From NCBI GenBank assembly GCA_038063915.1, contig JBBTUE010000004.1:102719-166718 (forward strand): a DNA stretch of 64,000 nt. The letters run 5' to 3'. The position numbers and the translations under genes are program-made. This document shows, piece by piece, positions 1 to 9,900 of the stretch (positions are counted from its first letter, which is position 1; the number at the start of each line of letters is the position of its first letter). The notes under the pieces are model-generated. The model made no database searches and had not been told where the DNA came from. It saw nothing but the letters and a program-made list of their open reading frames with translations. Source of the DNA: Patescibacteria group bacterium. GTDB lineage: Bacteria > Patescibacteriota > Minisyncoccia > Phycocordibacterales > UBA9973.

Positions 1-65
1 AGCATGGTATTGCCTCCACCGATGACACCATTTTTCGCAACCGCAGCTATAATTGAAAGTATCAT
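1..65 (-). CDS. folA: Dihydrofolate reductase, 5' part (runs off window start)
   Basis: Manual translation MILSIIAAVAKNGVIGGGNTML matches the DHFR N-terminus; ATG overlaps the thyA stop (TAATG). Confidence 0.85.
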   Translation of the reverse strand, partial: MILSIIAAVAKNGVIGGGNTM

Positions 66-913
66 TATTTTATAATATCTAGACCAGTAATAGGTTCACT
101 AGGATTGAAATATGGAGCAAATGATTGATAAATATCGTCTACCAAAGACTCGTCTTTTTTTTCAGCCCTTTCAAAAATATTTTCGGGTAGGATTGGGAAT
201 ACGTTCGGATGCTCATTTGCCCTTTTAATTAGTTCCAACGCCCCCTCGTAGTGGTTATCATATATATGAGCGTTTGATATTGTGTGGGTATATATCCCAG
301 GTTTCACTCCAAGCTTCTGGGCGAGGGTACACATCAGAAGACTAAACCCAAAAGTATCAAATGGGCAACCTAGCATCATGTCGTTTGATCTTACTATGTT
401 GTGCATATGAAGACGCCCACCGATTATATTTACAGTGAATGCAAATGGGCATGGTGCATTCTTTTTGTAAGTAGCTTTTAGACCTTTGCCATAGAGTCCG
501 TCATCACCTGCATCCCAGGTTATAACCACCCCTTGCCTTGAATGGGGTTCTTCTTGTAGATGTTTTATAAGTTGACCGAGTTGGTCACGACCAAAATGAT
601 GTCTCCATCGGTACCCATATGCTGAAGTGATAGTGCCATCTTCCTCGATGAACTCGTCCCACATCTTTGTATATTTTCGCAGGAACTCCGTATCTTTATC
701 GCCGGTAATGAACCAGACTTGTTCAGCAATTGGAGATTTGATAGGATTTTTACGAAGAGTCAGAACAGGGAAGCCGTCCTTCTCAATGTCAGTTTGGAAA
801 GTTAGGCCAGGTAGTATCTTTATCTTATGGCCAGTACGCTCATTGAGCTCTTCGATACCGTCCTCCATTATTCTTTTTATTAGATTTTGATAGATTGTGT
901 CAAACGTCGTCAT
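65..913 (-). CDS. thyA: Thymidylate synthase-family protein with dCMP-type Asp at the Asn177 position
   Basis: TS motifs (ERTG, YGYRWR, DQL, SRQ, catalytic PC, RSND, NAHIY); start moved to ATG 913, 7 nt after a TATACT box. Confidence 0.9.
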   Translation of the reverse strand: MTTFDTIYQNLIKRIMEDGIEELNERTGHKIKILPGLTFQTDIEKDGFPVLTLRKNPIKSPIAEQVWFITGDKDTEFLRKYTKMWDEFIEEDGTITSAYGYRWRHHFGRDQLGQLIKHLQEEPHSRQGVVITWDAGDDGLYGKGLKATYKKNAPCPFAFTVNIIGGRLHMHNIVRSNDMMLGCPFDTFGFSLLMCTLAQKLGVKPGIYTHTISNAHIYDNHYEGALELIKRANEHPNVFPILPENIFERAEKKDESLVDDIYQSFAPYFNPSEPITGLDIIK

Positions 914-943
914 GTAGTAGAGTATACAATAAAACATACAACC

Positions 944-1462
944 ATGGAAATAACTGCATCAAATTTAAAATATCCCTACTTGCCCAATGGGCGAGTTATA
1001 TTATATGTACCTATTGATAGTATATACATGAGCGCTGCCAAAGAAATAGCACTCACTTCTTATGATAGAGCTATGCCTACAGGAGCTGTCGCAGTGATAG
1101 AAGGTGATATCATAGCTAAAGCCAGTAATAAGCCACCACTCCGCAATAATTTTTTAGTTAATCTTCACAAGAAATACTGTATCCGTAGGATTTTTGGTAT
1201 TCCTTCTGGCCAAAAGTACTGGCTTTGTCCAGGATGTGCCGGAAGTGAAAATCACGCCGAATCTCGTGTAAGTACAGAATTAAAAAAGAAAGGTAATACT
1301 AAGCCCTTCGATCTGTATCTATGGGGGCATTGGTGGTGTTGTGAGCCATGCTGGAATGCTATGATTTCTGCAGGAGTCAAAGATGTCTACCTACTTGATA
1401 GGAGTGAAATTCTGTTCAATAATCTCAATAAAGATAATATAATAGGAAGACAATTTCAATAA
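944..1462 (+). CDS. dCMP deaminase-like zinc deaminase
   Basis: HAE and CxxC (CCEPC) motifs plus the CxR..IPSG..LC segment typical of dCMP deaminases; start moved to ATG 944 to avoid overlapping thyA. Confidence 0.8.
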   Translation: MEITASNLKYPYLPNGRVILYVPIDSIYMSAAKEIALTSYDRAMPTGAVAVIEGDIIAKASNKPPLRNNFLVNLHKKYCIRRIFGIPSGQKYWLCPGCAGSENHAESRVSTELKKKGNTKPFDLYLWGHWWCCEPCWNAMISAGVKDVYLLDRSEILFNNLNKDNIIGRQFQ

Positions 1463-1463
1463 T

Positions 1464-1493
1464 AAAAAGCCGGCCCAAAGGGCCCGCTTTTTT
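1464..1493 (+). terminator. Intrinsic terminator
   Basis: GC-rich hairpin flanked by A- and T-tracts right after the deaminase stop. Confidence 0.7.
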
Positions 1494-1546
1494 GTTTACC
1501 AGACTCGTGCTAAAATCAGGACATTACTCTTAACTATCAAAACTGC

Positions 1547-2725
1547 ATGAAGGACAAAGAAGTAGAAAAACTAATAAAAGCTGAAGAGAAGAGGCAGAAA
1601 AGCGTCATTAATCTTATCGCATCTGAAAATTATGTTTCCGACGATATTCTCAAAGCTCTCGGCTCAAAACTTACCAATAAGTATGCTGAAGGTTATCCAG
1701 GTCGCAGATACTATGGAGGCAACGAAATCATCGACAAAGTTGAGACACTTTGTATCGACCGTGCACTGAAGCTTTTTAAATTAAAGAAAGCCGATTGGCA
1801 TGTAAATGCTCAACTTCTCTCAGGTAGTCCGGCCAATTTTGCACTGTACTCTGCACTCGTACCACTAGGTGGAAAAATCATGGGAATGAAGCTCACAGCA
1901 GGTGGTCACCTTACTCATGGCCACCCACTTTCAATGACAGGTAAACTTTGGAAGCCAGTCCAATTTGAGCTTGACCCAAAAACTGAAATGATTGATTACA
2001 AGGCTCTTGAATCTATCGCTATGGTTGAACGTCCAGATATCATCGTCGCTGGATTTACTGCGTATCCAAGAATTGTTGATTTTAAAAAGTTTCGCGCGAT
2101 TGCAGATAAATGCCAGGCGCTCCTTCATGTAGACATGTCGCACTTTGCAGGGCTTATTGCAGGGGGAGTGTACCCATCTCCATTTCCATATGCAGATTCT
2201 GTTATGACGACTACTCACAAATCTCTTCGCGGTCCGAGGCAAGCGCTTCTTTTTGTGAAAAAGGATTCCCGAGAATTTGATAAGAAATTAGATAAGATGG
2301 TAATCCCCGGGCTATTTGGTGGACCACATGAGAACAATATCGCAGCTGTGGCTATTGCTCTAAAAGAGGCAGACACACCAGCGTTTAAAAAATATGCAAA
2401 GCAAGTCGTAAAAAATGCTCAGACCCTTGCAAATGAGCTTCAGAAATTAGGCTGGCATATTATATCGGGCGGTACAGACTCCCATCTTATACTTATGGAC
2501 ACTTGGATGAATGGAGTTGGTGTCTCAGGTTCTGATGCAAGTAAAAAACTTGAGAAAGCTGGAATAATTGTAAACATGAATACAATTCCAGGCGACCCTC
2601 GTTCTGTCATGGACCCCTCCGGTATTCGCCTTGGAACATGTGCTGAGACTACAATAGGAAAGAAGGAGAAGGATATGATAAAAATCGCAAGAAAGATTGA
2701 TAAAATTTTAAAAAGGAAGAAGTAG
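1547..2725 (+). CDS. glyA: Serine hydroxymethyltransferase
   Basis: LIASEN, NKYAEGYPGRRYYGG, GGHLTHG, TTTHKSLRGPR motifs. Confidence 0.97.
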   Translation: MKDKEVEKLIKAEEKRQKSVINLIASENYVSDDILKALGSKLTNKYAEGYPGRRYYGGNEIIDKVETLCIDRALKLFKLKKADWHVNAQLLSGSPANFALYSALVPLGGKIMGMKLTAGGHLTHGHPLSMTGKLWKPVQFELDPKTEMIDYKALESIAMVERPDIIVAGFTAYPRIVDFKKFRAIADKCQALLHVDMSHFAGLIAGGVYPSPFPYADSVMTTTHKSLRGPRQALLFVKKDSREFDKKLDKMVIPGLFGGPHENNIAAVAIALKEADTPAFKKYAKQVVKNAQTLANELQKLGWHIISGGTDSHLILMDTWMNGVGVSGSDASKKLEKAGIIVNMNTIPGDPRSVMDPSGIRLGTCAETTIGKKEKDMIKIARKIDKILKRKK

Positions 2726-2726
2726 A

Positions 2727-3188
2727 ATGCCTCATATTCACGAAAAAATTGATTTTACAGTAGAAGTATTTATTGTTCATAAAGACAAAGTTCTTCTTCG
2801 TATGCATGATAAATATCATTTATGGCTCTCTGTTGGTGGACATATAGAACTTGACGAAGATCCAGTCCAAGCTGCAATCAGAGAAGTAAAGGAAGAGGTA
2901 GGATTAGATATAAAAATTACAGGAGACGTTCCAGAATTTGATGATGGTGACTATACCTACCTGGCTACTCCCAAGTATATTGGTCGTCACAAAGTGAATG
3001 ATATTCATACCCATGTTGTTTTAGTTTATTTTGCCACATCCAATACTGATAAGGTGGTAGATTCAGAGAACGAACATGAGAAAACAGAAACGCGATGGGT
3101 CACAAAAGATGAACTTTCAAAAATGGATCTTCGTCCAAATATTCTCCACCTCGCTACTAAAGCTTTAGAAGAATTAGGAGAAAAATAA
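2727..3188 (+). CDS. NUDIX hydrolase
   Basis: Nudix box GGHIELDEDPVQAAIREVKEEVG. Confidence 0.9.
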   Translation: MPHIHEKIDFTVEVFIVHKDKVLLRMHDKYHLWLSVGGHIELDEDPVQAAIREVKEEVGLDIKITGDVPEFDDGDYTYLATPKYIGRHKVNDIHTHVVLVYFATSNTDKVVDSENEHEKTETRWVTKDELSKMDLRPNILHLATKALEELGEK

Positions 3189-3189
3189 T

Positions 3190-3615
3190 ATGAGTATTGA
3201 AATTACAAAAGTTGGTATGGGAGTTGTAATTCTTAAAGAAGGGAAAATCCTTCTTGGTAAACGCAAGGGTTCTTTTGGTTCTGAAGAGTATGCATCACCC
3301 GGAGGTCATCTTGAATATATGGAATCATTTGAAAATGGCATTCGTAGGGAAGTACGAGAGGAATGTGGTATTGAGATAAAGAATATAAAATTCATTCATG
3401 TTGCAAACGAAGTTACATATGCACCAAAACATTATGTAAATGTTCAATTTCTTGCAGATTGGGAAAGCGGAGAACCTATAACTTTCGAGAGTGAAAAGAT
3501 TGGTGGTTGGAATTGGTATTCTTTTGATAGTCTTCCTGATAAAATTTTTGAACTAACTAGAAAGGGAATAGAGTCATACAAAACAGGTAGAAACTATTTT
3601 GATATAGAAAAATAA
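3190..3615 (+). CDS. NUDIX hydrolase (MutT/NUDT15-like)
   Basis: VGMGVVI..LLGKRKGS..PGGHLEYMESFENGIRREVREECG. Confidence 0.9.
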   Translation: MSIEITKVGMGVVILKEGKILLGKRKGSFGSEEYASPGGHLEYMESFENGIRREVREECGIEIKNIKFIHVANEVTYAPKHYVNVQFLADWESGEPITFESEKIGGWNWYSFDSLPDKIFELTRKGIESYKTGRNYFDIEK

Positions 3616-3618
3616 TTT

Positions 3619-4314
3619 ATGAAAAAAGGCAAACTCATAGTCATAGATGGAACGGATGGATCTGGGAAGGCGACCCAAGTCGCTTTACTCACTACACGAC
3701 TGAAGAAGGAAGGATACACAGTCAAGAATGTAGATTTTCCTGAATACTATAAAAATTTTTTTGGGAAATTTATCGGTCACTGTCTTTCCGAGCAGTACTA
3801 TAACTTTGTCAAAGTGCACCCCAAGATTGCCTCAGTCCTTTATGCAGCGGACCGATTCCAATCAAAAGATGAGATAGAGGGTTGGCTTAAAAAGGGTTAT
3901 GTAGTGATTGCCAATCGTTATGTGAGTGCAAACCAAATCCATCAAGGTGGTAAAATTAAGAATGCGAAAAAAAGAGAGGCGTTTATAAAATGGCTCGACG
4001 AGATGGAGTATCAAGTTTTTAAAATCCCTAGACCAAATACTGTATTTTATTTAAGTTTACCACTACCTATAATTTTAAAATTAATAAAAGAACGCAATGG
4101 CAAAATGAAACGTGCTTACCTAAAGAAGCATAAAGATGTACATGAGAGTGATAAACAATTCTTGATAAATTCTCGCAATAGCGCTCTTTGGCTTGCTAAG
4201 ACACAAAAATATTACAGAAAGATTGATTGCGCAATAGGCAACTCTATCCGCACTCGCGACGATATACACCAAGAGATTTACGAGAAAGTAAAAGTGTTAC
4301 TAAAAAACAAATAA
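3619..4314 (+). CDS. tmk: Thymidylate kinase
   Basis: P-loop DGTDGSGKATQ, YAADR, NRY motif; pyrimidine gene context. Confidence 0.85.
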   Translation: MKKGKLIVIDGTDGSGKATQVALLTTRLKKEGYTVKNVDFPEYYKNFFGKFIGHCLSEQYYNFVKVHPKIASVLYAADRFQSKDEIEGWLKKGYVVIANRYVSANQIHQGGKIKNAKKREAFIKWLDEMEYQVFKIPRPNTVFYLSLPLPIILKLIKERNGKMKRAYLKKHKDVHESDKQFLINSRNSALWLAKTQKYYRKIDCAIGNSIRTRDDIHQEIYEKVKVLLKNK

Positions 4315-4336
4315 AGATACCGTTGCGGTATCTTTA
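4312..4336. terminator. Bidirectional terminator-like hairpin
   Basis: Perfect 11-bp inverted repeat TAAAGATACCG-ttg-CGGTATCTTTA between convergent genes. Confidence 0.65.
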
Positions 4337-4360
4337 AATATTTTTTTACCAACGGCCTTA

Positions 4361-4678
4361 TTATGACTGTCTCAGTGTGCATCTTTTACAGTAGTGAGAT
4401 AGATGAACTTTCTTGGTCTCAGAAGACTGAGACCCTATCACTGGAATCGAAACTGATACAGGTAGTTTGTCAGTATCTTTGTATCCAAAGTGTTTCTTTG
4501 CCGAGTCACTTCGACAATCTCCTCTACCAGGGAATTTTTTCCCTCTGTAAAAACATAAGGAGCAGTCTCTTGGTTCTGAAGTCCCTTGTATAAATTGAGA
4601 GATAAATGGAAGACCATCCAGTGTGTTGGTTTCGGGGTCGTAGCCCTTTTTGGCTTTGACGGTGTTTTCGTTTGTCAT
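4361..4678 (-). CDS. Hypothetical Cys-rich (possible Zn-binding) protein
   Basis: ORF with CxxC and HYCxxC; own TTGACA-17-TAATTT promoter at about 4704-4732. Confidence 0.6.
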   Translation of the reverse strand: MTNENTVKAKKGYDPETNTLDGLPFISQFIQGTSEPRDCSLCFYRGKKFPGRGDCRSDSAKKHFGYKDTDKLPVSVSIPVIGSQSSETKKVHLSHYCKRCTLRQS

Positions 4679-4770
4679 AGAACTACTTTTGTTTTGAAAT
4701 ATTAAATTATCATTAATTGCTCCCTTTGTCAAATATAATAACGGGTTTTAATTATGTTATATTTATAATT

Positions 4771-5193
4771 ATGCGGATTAAAGTTAAAAAATTAAAGGAG
4801 GATGCGAAGTTGCCGACATATGCACATCCAGGAGATGTAGGCATGGATATGTATGCTATGGAAACGGTCACAATTCCTCCGATGGGGCACTACCGTTTCT
4901 GGCATGGTTTTGCTCTAGAATTTCCGGTAGGTTACGGTGGTATAATAATGGACAAAGGTAGTATGTCAAAAGCTGGACTTATACATATGGGTGGAGTCTA
5001 TGATGCAGGGTATAGAGGAGAATACAATACACATCTAGTAAATCTTGGCACAGAGCCCTATACAGTAGAGGAGGGAGACAAAGTTTCTCAGCTCGTCATA
5101 ATGCCAGTAGAAATAGTTGAATTTGAAGTTACGGATACACTTAGTGAGTCATCACGTGGTGAGGGAATGTTTGGAAGTACAGGGAAGAAATGA
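4771..5193 (+). CDS. dut: Trimeric dUTPase
   Basis: Motifs GMD, GVYDAGYRGE, SQ, RGEGMFGSTG; start at ATG 4771. Confidence 0.9.
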   Translation: MRIKVKKLKEDAKLPTYAHPGDVGMDMYAMETVTIPPMGHYRFWHGFALEFPVGYGGIIMDKGSMSKAGLIHMGGVYDAGYRGEYNTHLVNLGTEPYTVEEGDKVSQLVIMPVEIVEFEVTDTLSESSRGEGMFGSTGKK

Positions 5194-6917
5194 TAAAAGA
5201 AAAAATTATACAAATTATAGACGATGCACTAAAAAATCTTGGCATTAAAGCCGAAGGTATTATTCTTGAGCATCCTGCAGATATTGAAATGGGCGATTAT
5301 TCCACCAATGTCGCAATGGCTTATGCTAAGCAGTTAGGAACAAACCCTCGAGAGTTGGCAGAAAAAATTAAAATAGAACTAGAAAAAAACTTACCTAAAG
5401 AAATTGAAAAAGTTGAAGTCGCAGGTGCAGGGTTTATAAATTTTTACTTATCTCGGGAATTTTTCACAAATTCAACTAAGGAAATACTAAAACAAAAAGA
5501 AAACTGGGGGAAAAATGAAATACTATCTAGCAAGAAGGTCATGGTGGAGTATACACAGCCGAACCCGTTCAAGCCATTCCACATAGGCCATCTTATGAGT
5601 AATGCTATAGGTGAATCTATCTCTCGTATTGTTGAATTCTCCGGGGCAAAAACTGTAAGAGCAAATTACCAAGGGGATGTAGGTCCTCATGTAGCCAAAG
5701 CTATATACGGCATCATGTGGTTATCTGATAACGCGTCGAATGAAAAGCTACAAACAACTGACCCAGCTGGAGAATTGGCAGAGTGGATCGGTGAGTGCTA
5801 CACCAAAGGTGCACAAGCTTACGAAGAAAATGAAAGCATTAAAATTCAAATCGATGAAATAAATAAAAAGATATATGATAAGAGTGATAACGAGATAAAT
5901 AAAATATATGACTGGGGACGCGAAGTAACGTTGTGTGCGTTTGAAGAAATATACCAGATTCTAGGTACAAAGTTTAACTATTATTTTTTTGAGAGTGAAA
6001 TGGCGCCAATAGGTGAGAAGATTGTACGAGAGAATATTGGAGGAGTATTCACCGAGAGTGAGGGCGCAATTGTATTCCATGCCGAGAATTACGACCCAAA
6101 GCTCCATACTAGAGTCTTTATCACATCTCTAGGCATTCCTTTATATGAGACAAAAGAAGTGGGGCTGACTGTGACTAAATTCGAGAAAGAAAATCCTGAT
6201 ATCTCTATTATCACTACCGCCATTGAGCAAGGAGAATATATGAAAGTTGTACAAAAGGCAGTATCGCTAATTCACCCTGATTACGAATCACGTATGAAGC
6301 ATGTTACTCACGGTATGATGCGACTGACTTCTGGGAAAATGTCATCTCGCAAAGGTAATGTAGTGACAGGCGAGTCGTTATTGCGAGACTCTATGGATGT
6401 AGTGCGTGAGAAAGTCGCGAGTAGAGATTTATCAGCTGAAGAAAAAGACACTATAGCTAAAGTTGTCGGAGTAGCAGCTCTAAAGTACTCCATACTTCGT
6501 TCATCTCTTGGCTCAGATATCGTTTATGATTTTGAGAAGTCTATTTCATTTGAAGGGGATTCGGGTCCATACTTGCAATACACTGCAGTGCGTGCGAATT
6601 CTATTATTAAAAAAAGTGAAGCAGAGGGTATACACTTAGTATATAAAAATATACCAACCGACATTACAATACTTGAGAAAAATCTTTACAAATTTCCTGA
6701 AATCGTCGCCCGCTCATACTTACTCCTTGAACCCCATCATATAGCGACATATCTGACCGAGCTTTCCAGTGCGTTCAATACTTTTTATGCGAATACGCAG
6801 ATAGTAAATAAAAGTGACCCATACGCGCCTTACCGCGTCGCCCTTGTTGAAGCATTTCACCAGACTATGAAGAACGGTCTCTATCTCCTCGGCATAAAAA
6901 CCCCAGATAAGATGTAA
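5190..6917 (+). CDS. argS: Arginine--tRNA ligase
   Basis: GDYSTN, GAGFINF, PNPFKPFHIGH, KMSSRKG, GPYLQY. Confidence 0.97.
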   Translation: MIKEKIIQIIDDALKNLGIKAEGIILEHPADIEMGDYSTNVAMAYAKQLGTNPRELAEKIKIELEKNLPKEIEKVEVAGAGFINFYLSREFFTNSTKEILKQKENWGKNEILSSKKVMVEYTQPNPFKPFHIGHLMSNAIGESISRIVEFSGAKTVRANYQGDVGPHVAKAIYGIMWLSDNASNEKLQTTDPAGELAEWIGECYTKGAQAYEENESIKIQIDEINKKIYDKSDNEINKIYDWGREVTLCAFEEIYQILGTKFNYYFFESEMAPIGEKIVRENIGGVFTESEGAIVFHAENYDPKLHTRVFITSLGIPLYETKEVGLTVTKFEKENPDISIITTAIEQGEYMKVVQKAVSLIHPDYESRMKHVTHGMMRLTSGKMSSRKGNVVTGESLLRDSMDVVREKVASRDLSAEEKDTIAKVVGVAALKYSILRSSLGSDIVYDFEKSISFEGDSGPYLQYTAVRANSIIKKSEAEGIHLVYKNIPTDITILEKNLYKFPEIVARSYLLLEPHHIATYLTELSSAFNTFYANTQIVNKSDPYAPYRVALVEAFHQTMKNGLYLLGIKTPDKM

Positions 6918-6949
6918 AAGCATCAAATTTATGTTAAAATCAGCCAATA

Positions 6950-9900
6950 ATGGCTGGGAAAGAAGACAATAATAAATCGGAAGTAGCGCTCCGCGAGGAG
7001 CGGGTTTTGGAGTTTTGGCAGGAGAATAATACTTTTCAAAAAACTTTAGAAAAAGATTCACCAAAAGGCGAGTTCGTTTTTTACGAAGGCCCTCCGACTG
7101 CCAATGGTAAACCAGGAATTCATCACCTCGAAGCCAGAGCTTTCAAGGATGCAATTCCAAGATATAAAACCATGCGTGGATATCATGTACGTCGTAAAGG
7201 TGGCTGGGATACTCATGGGCTACCCGTAGAACTCCAAGTGGAAAAGAAGCTTGAATTAAACTCCAAGAAAGCTATTGAAGAGTATGGTATAGCAGAGTTC
7301 AATAAACAGTGCAAGGAAAGTGTCTGGGAATATTTAGATATTTGGAATAAATTTACCAAGCGTATAGGTTACTGGGTGGACCAAGAGAATCCATATGTTA
7401 CTTATCATAATGATTATATAGAATCTGTCTGGAATGTTCTTGCCCAAGTAGAAGATAGGAAACTTCTATATAAAGATTACAAAGTAGTGCCATGGTGCCC
7501 GCGCTGTGGTACAGCCCTTTCTTCCCACGAACTTGCGCAAGGATACCAAGATGATAAAGATTTGTCGGTAACTGCAAAGTTTAAAATAAAAGGCGTTGTT
7601 GATGGTTATTTTTTGGCTTGGACTACAACTCCATGGACACTAGCAGGCAATGTTGCTCTTGCGGTTGGAAGTGAGATTATCTATGTTGAGGCAAAAGTTG
7701 GGCCGGAGGTTTTAGTTTTAGCAAAGGATAGGCTTTCTATAATTACTGATCCATATGAAATAGTGGCAGAACACAAAGGTAGTGAAATGGTTGGTATGGA
7801 ATACGAGCCACTTTATCCATATCTGTCTACTCTTGATGTGGGAGATGAAAAATTAAAAAATGCATATAAAGTTTATCCGGCAGATTTCGTAAATACTACA
7901 GATGGTACTGGTATTGTGCATACAGCAGTCATGTATGGTCAGGATGACTTTGAGCTCGGTACAAAAATTGGTCTGCCAAAGTTCCACACAGTCGATGATA
8001 GTGGTCACTTTGTAAAAGGCACTGGTTTCTTGGAAGGAAGATTTGTTAAGGATGAAGAAGTCGCAGTTGATATTATCAAAGATCTGGCACACAGAGGCCT
8101 TTTATTTAAGAAAGAAAAATATGAACACTCATATCCTCACTGTTGGCGCTGTAAAACTGCGCTCATATACTATGCTCGTGATTCTTGGTATATCAGAATG
8201 TCTGATCCGAGTGTGAAAGATAAACTAATAGCTGAAAATAAAGAAATAAATTGGGAGCCACCACATATTCGCGATGGGCGCTTTGGAGAGTGGCTCAAAG
8301 ATATAAAAGATTGGGCAATATCTCGTGAGAGATATTGGGGGACGCCGCTACCTATATGGCAGAAAGCCGACGGTAGTAATATTGTAGTAGATTCGATTGA
8401 TACACTTAAAAAATACATCAAAAAAAGTGGTAACAGTTACTTCATCATGCGTCATGGTGGGACAGAAGGTAATTTAGAGGAGCTCGTGAGCTATAAACAT
8501 CAAGAGACTGACAATTTAACTGAAAATGGTAAAGAGCAAGTACGCGTATCTGCAGATAAATTAAAAGATCATAATATAGATATAGTAATATATTCTCCTT
8601 TTACTCGCACTACCGAGACTGCTACGATTGTAAAAGAAGTGCTTGGTCTTGGTAGTGAGCAGGTAATGCCCGACGCACGACTAATAGAAATAAACCCAGG
8701 GATATATGATGGTAAGAATTGGAGTGAATATCACGAGCATTTATATAATATGGAGCGTGGATGGTTTGTAAGGAAAATTCCTGAAGGAGAATCCCTACAA
8801 GATGTCACCGAAAGGTCAGGAGCAGTACTTTATGATCTCGAGGCTAAGTATTCTGGTAAGAATATTCTAATTATTACTCATGGTGGCCCTGCATGGGCTA
8901 TGTATGTCGCTTCTGGTATTTATGAGAAGCGTAATACTGAATATAAAAAAGCAGACACCCATGTATTTGTGAAAGAATTCAAACAATTTGGTAATGCTGA
9001 AGTAAGAGAACTACCATTCGTACCACTACCCCATGATAAACACAATATTTTAGATTTACATAAGCCATATATAGATGAAGTAGAGCTTTTTGACGAAGAA
9101 AGCCGCCCAATGACTCGAGTCAAAGAAGTCATGGATGTATGGTTCGACTCTGGGGCCATGCCCTTCGCGCAAGATCACTATCCGTTCGAAAATAAAGAAT
9201 GGGTGGATACTAAAGGATTCCCCGCCGACTATATTTGTGAAGCGATAGATCAGACTCGTGGATGGTTCTATACTTTGCACGCGATAGGCGTACTCACAGG
9301 TAGAGGCAAAGCCTTTAAAAATGTCATCTGCCTTGGACATATCTTAGATAAAGATGGGAAGAAAATGTCCAAGTCTGTCGGCAACGTCGTCGACCCATGG
9401 GAAATGATGGATAAATACGGAGTAGATACATTACGCCTATGGATGTATAGCGTGAATCAGCCCGGTGAATCAAAGAACTTTGACGAGAAGACAGTTTCCG
9501 AGCTCAACAACAAAGTATTTAATTTATTTTATAATGTACTCGCATTCTACGAACTATATAGAGACAAATCCATTGAAGATAGGGAATATAAAAAGTCAGA
9601 TAATATTCTTGATCAATGGATAATTGCCCGGCTAAACAAGCTCGTCTTAGATATGACGAATAGTATGGATAATTATAAACTTTTAGAACCAGTAAGAGGT
9701 ATACGCGAATTTGTCGATGAGCTTTCTACATGGTATGTCCGTCGCTCACGTGAGCGGATTAAGGACGGGGATGTAGATGTGAAGCAGACTCTGTACTTCG
9801 TATTAAAAACGTTTTCAAAAATTTTAGCTCCATTTGCACCGTTTGCAGCTGAAGACATATGGCAGAAGTTAAAAAATACTTCTGATGCAGAGAGTGTGCA

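Noticed and set aside
1494-1546. Possible ZTP or THF riboswitch before glyA
   Set aside because: Only about 30 nt lie between the TGcTAAAAT box and the ATG, with no aptamer-like structure
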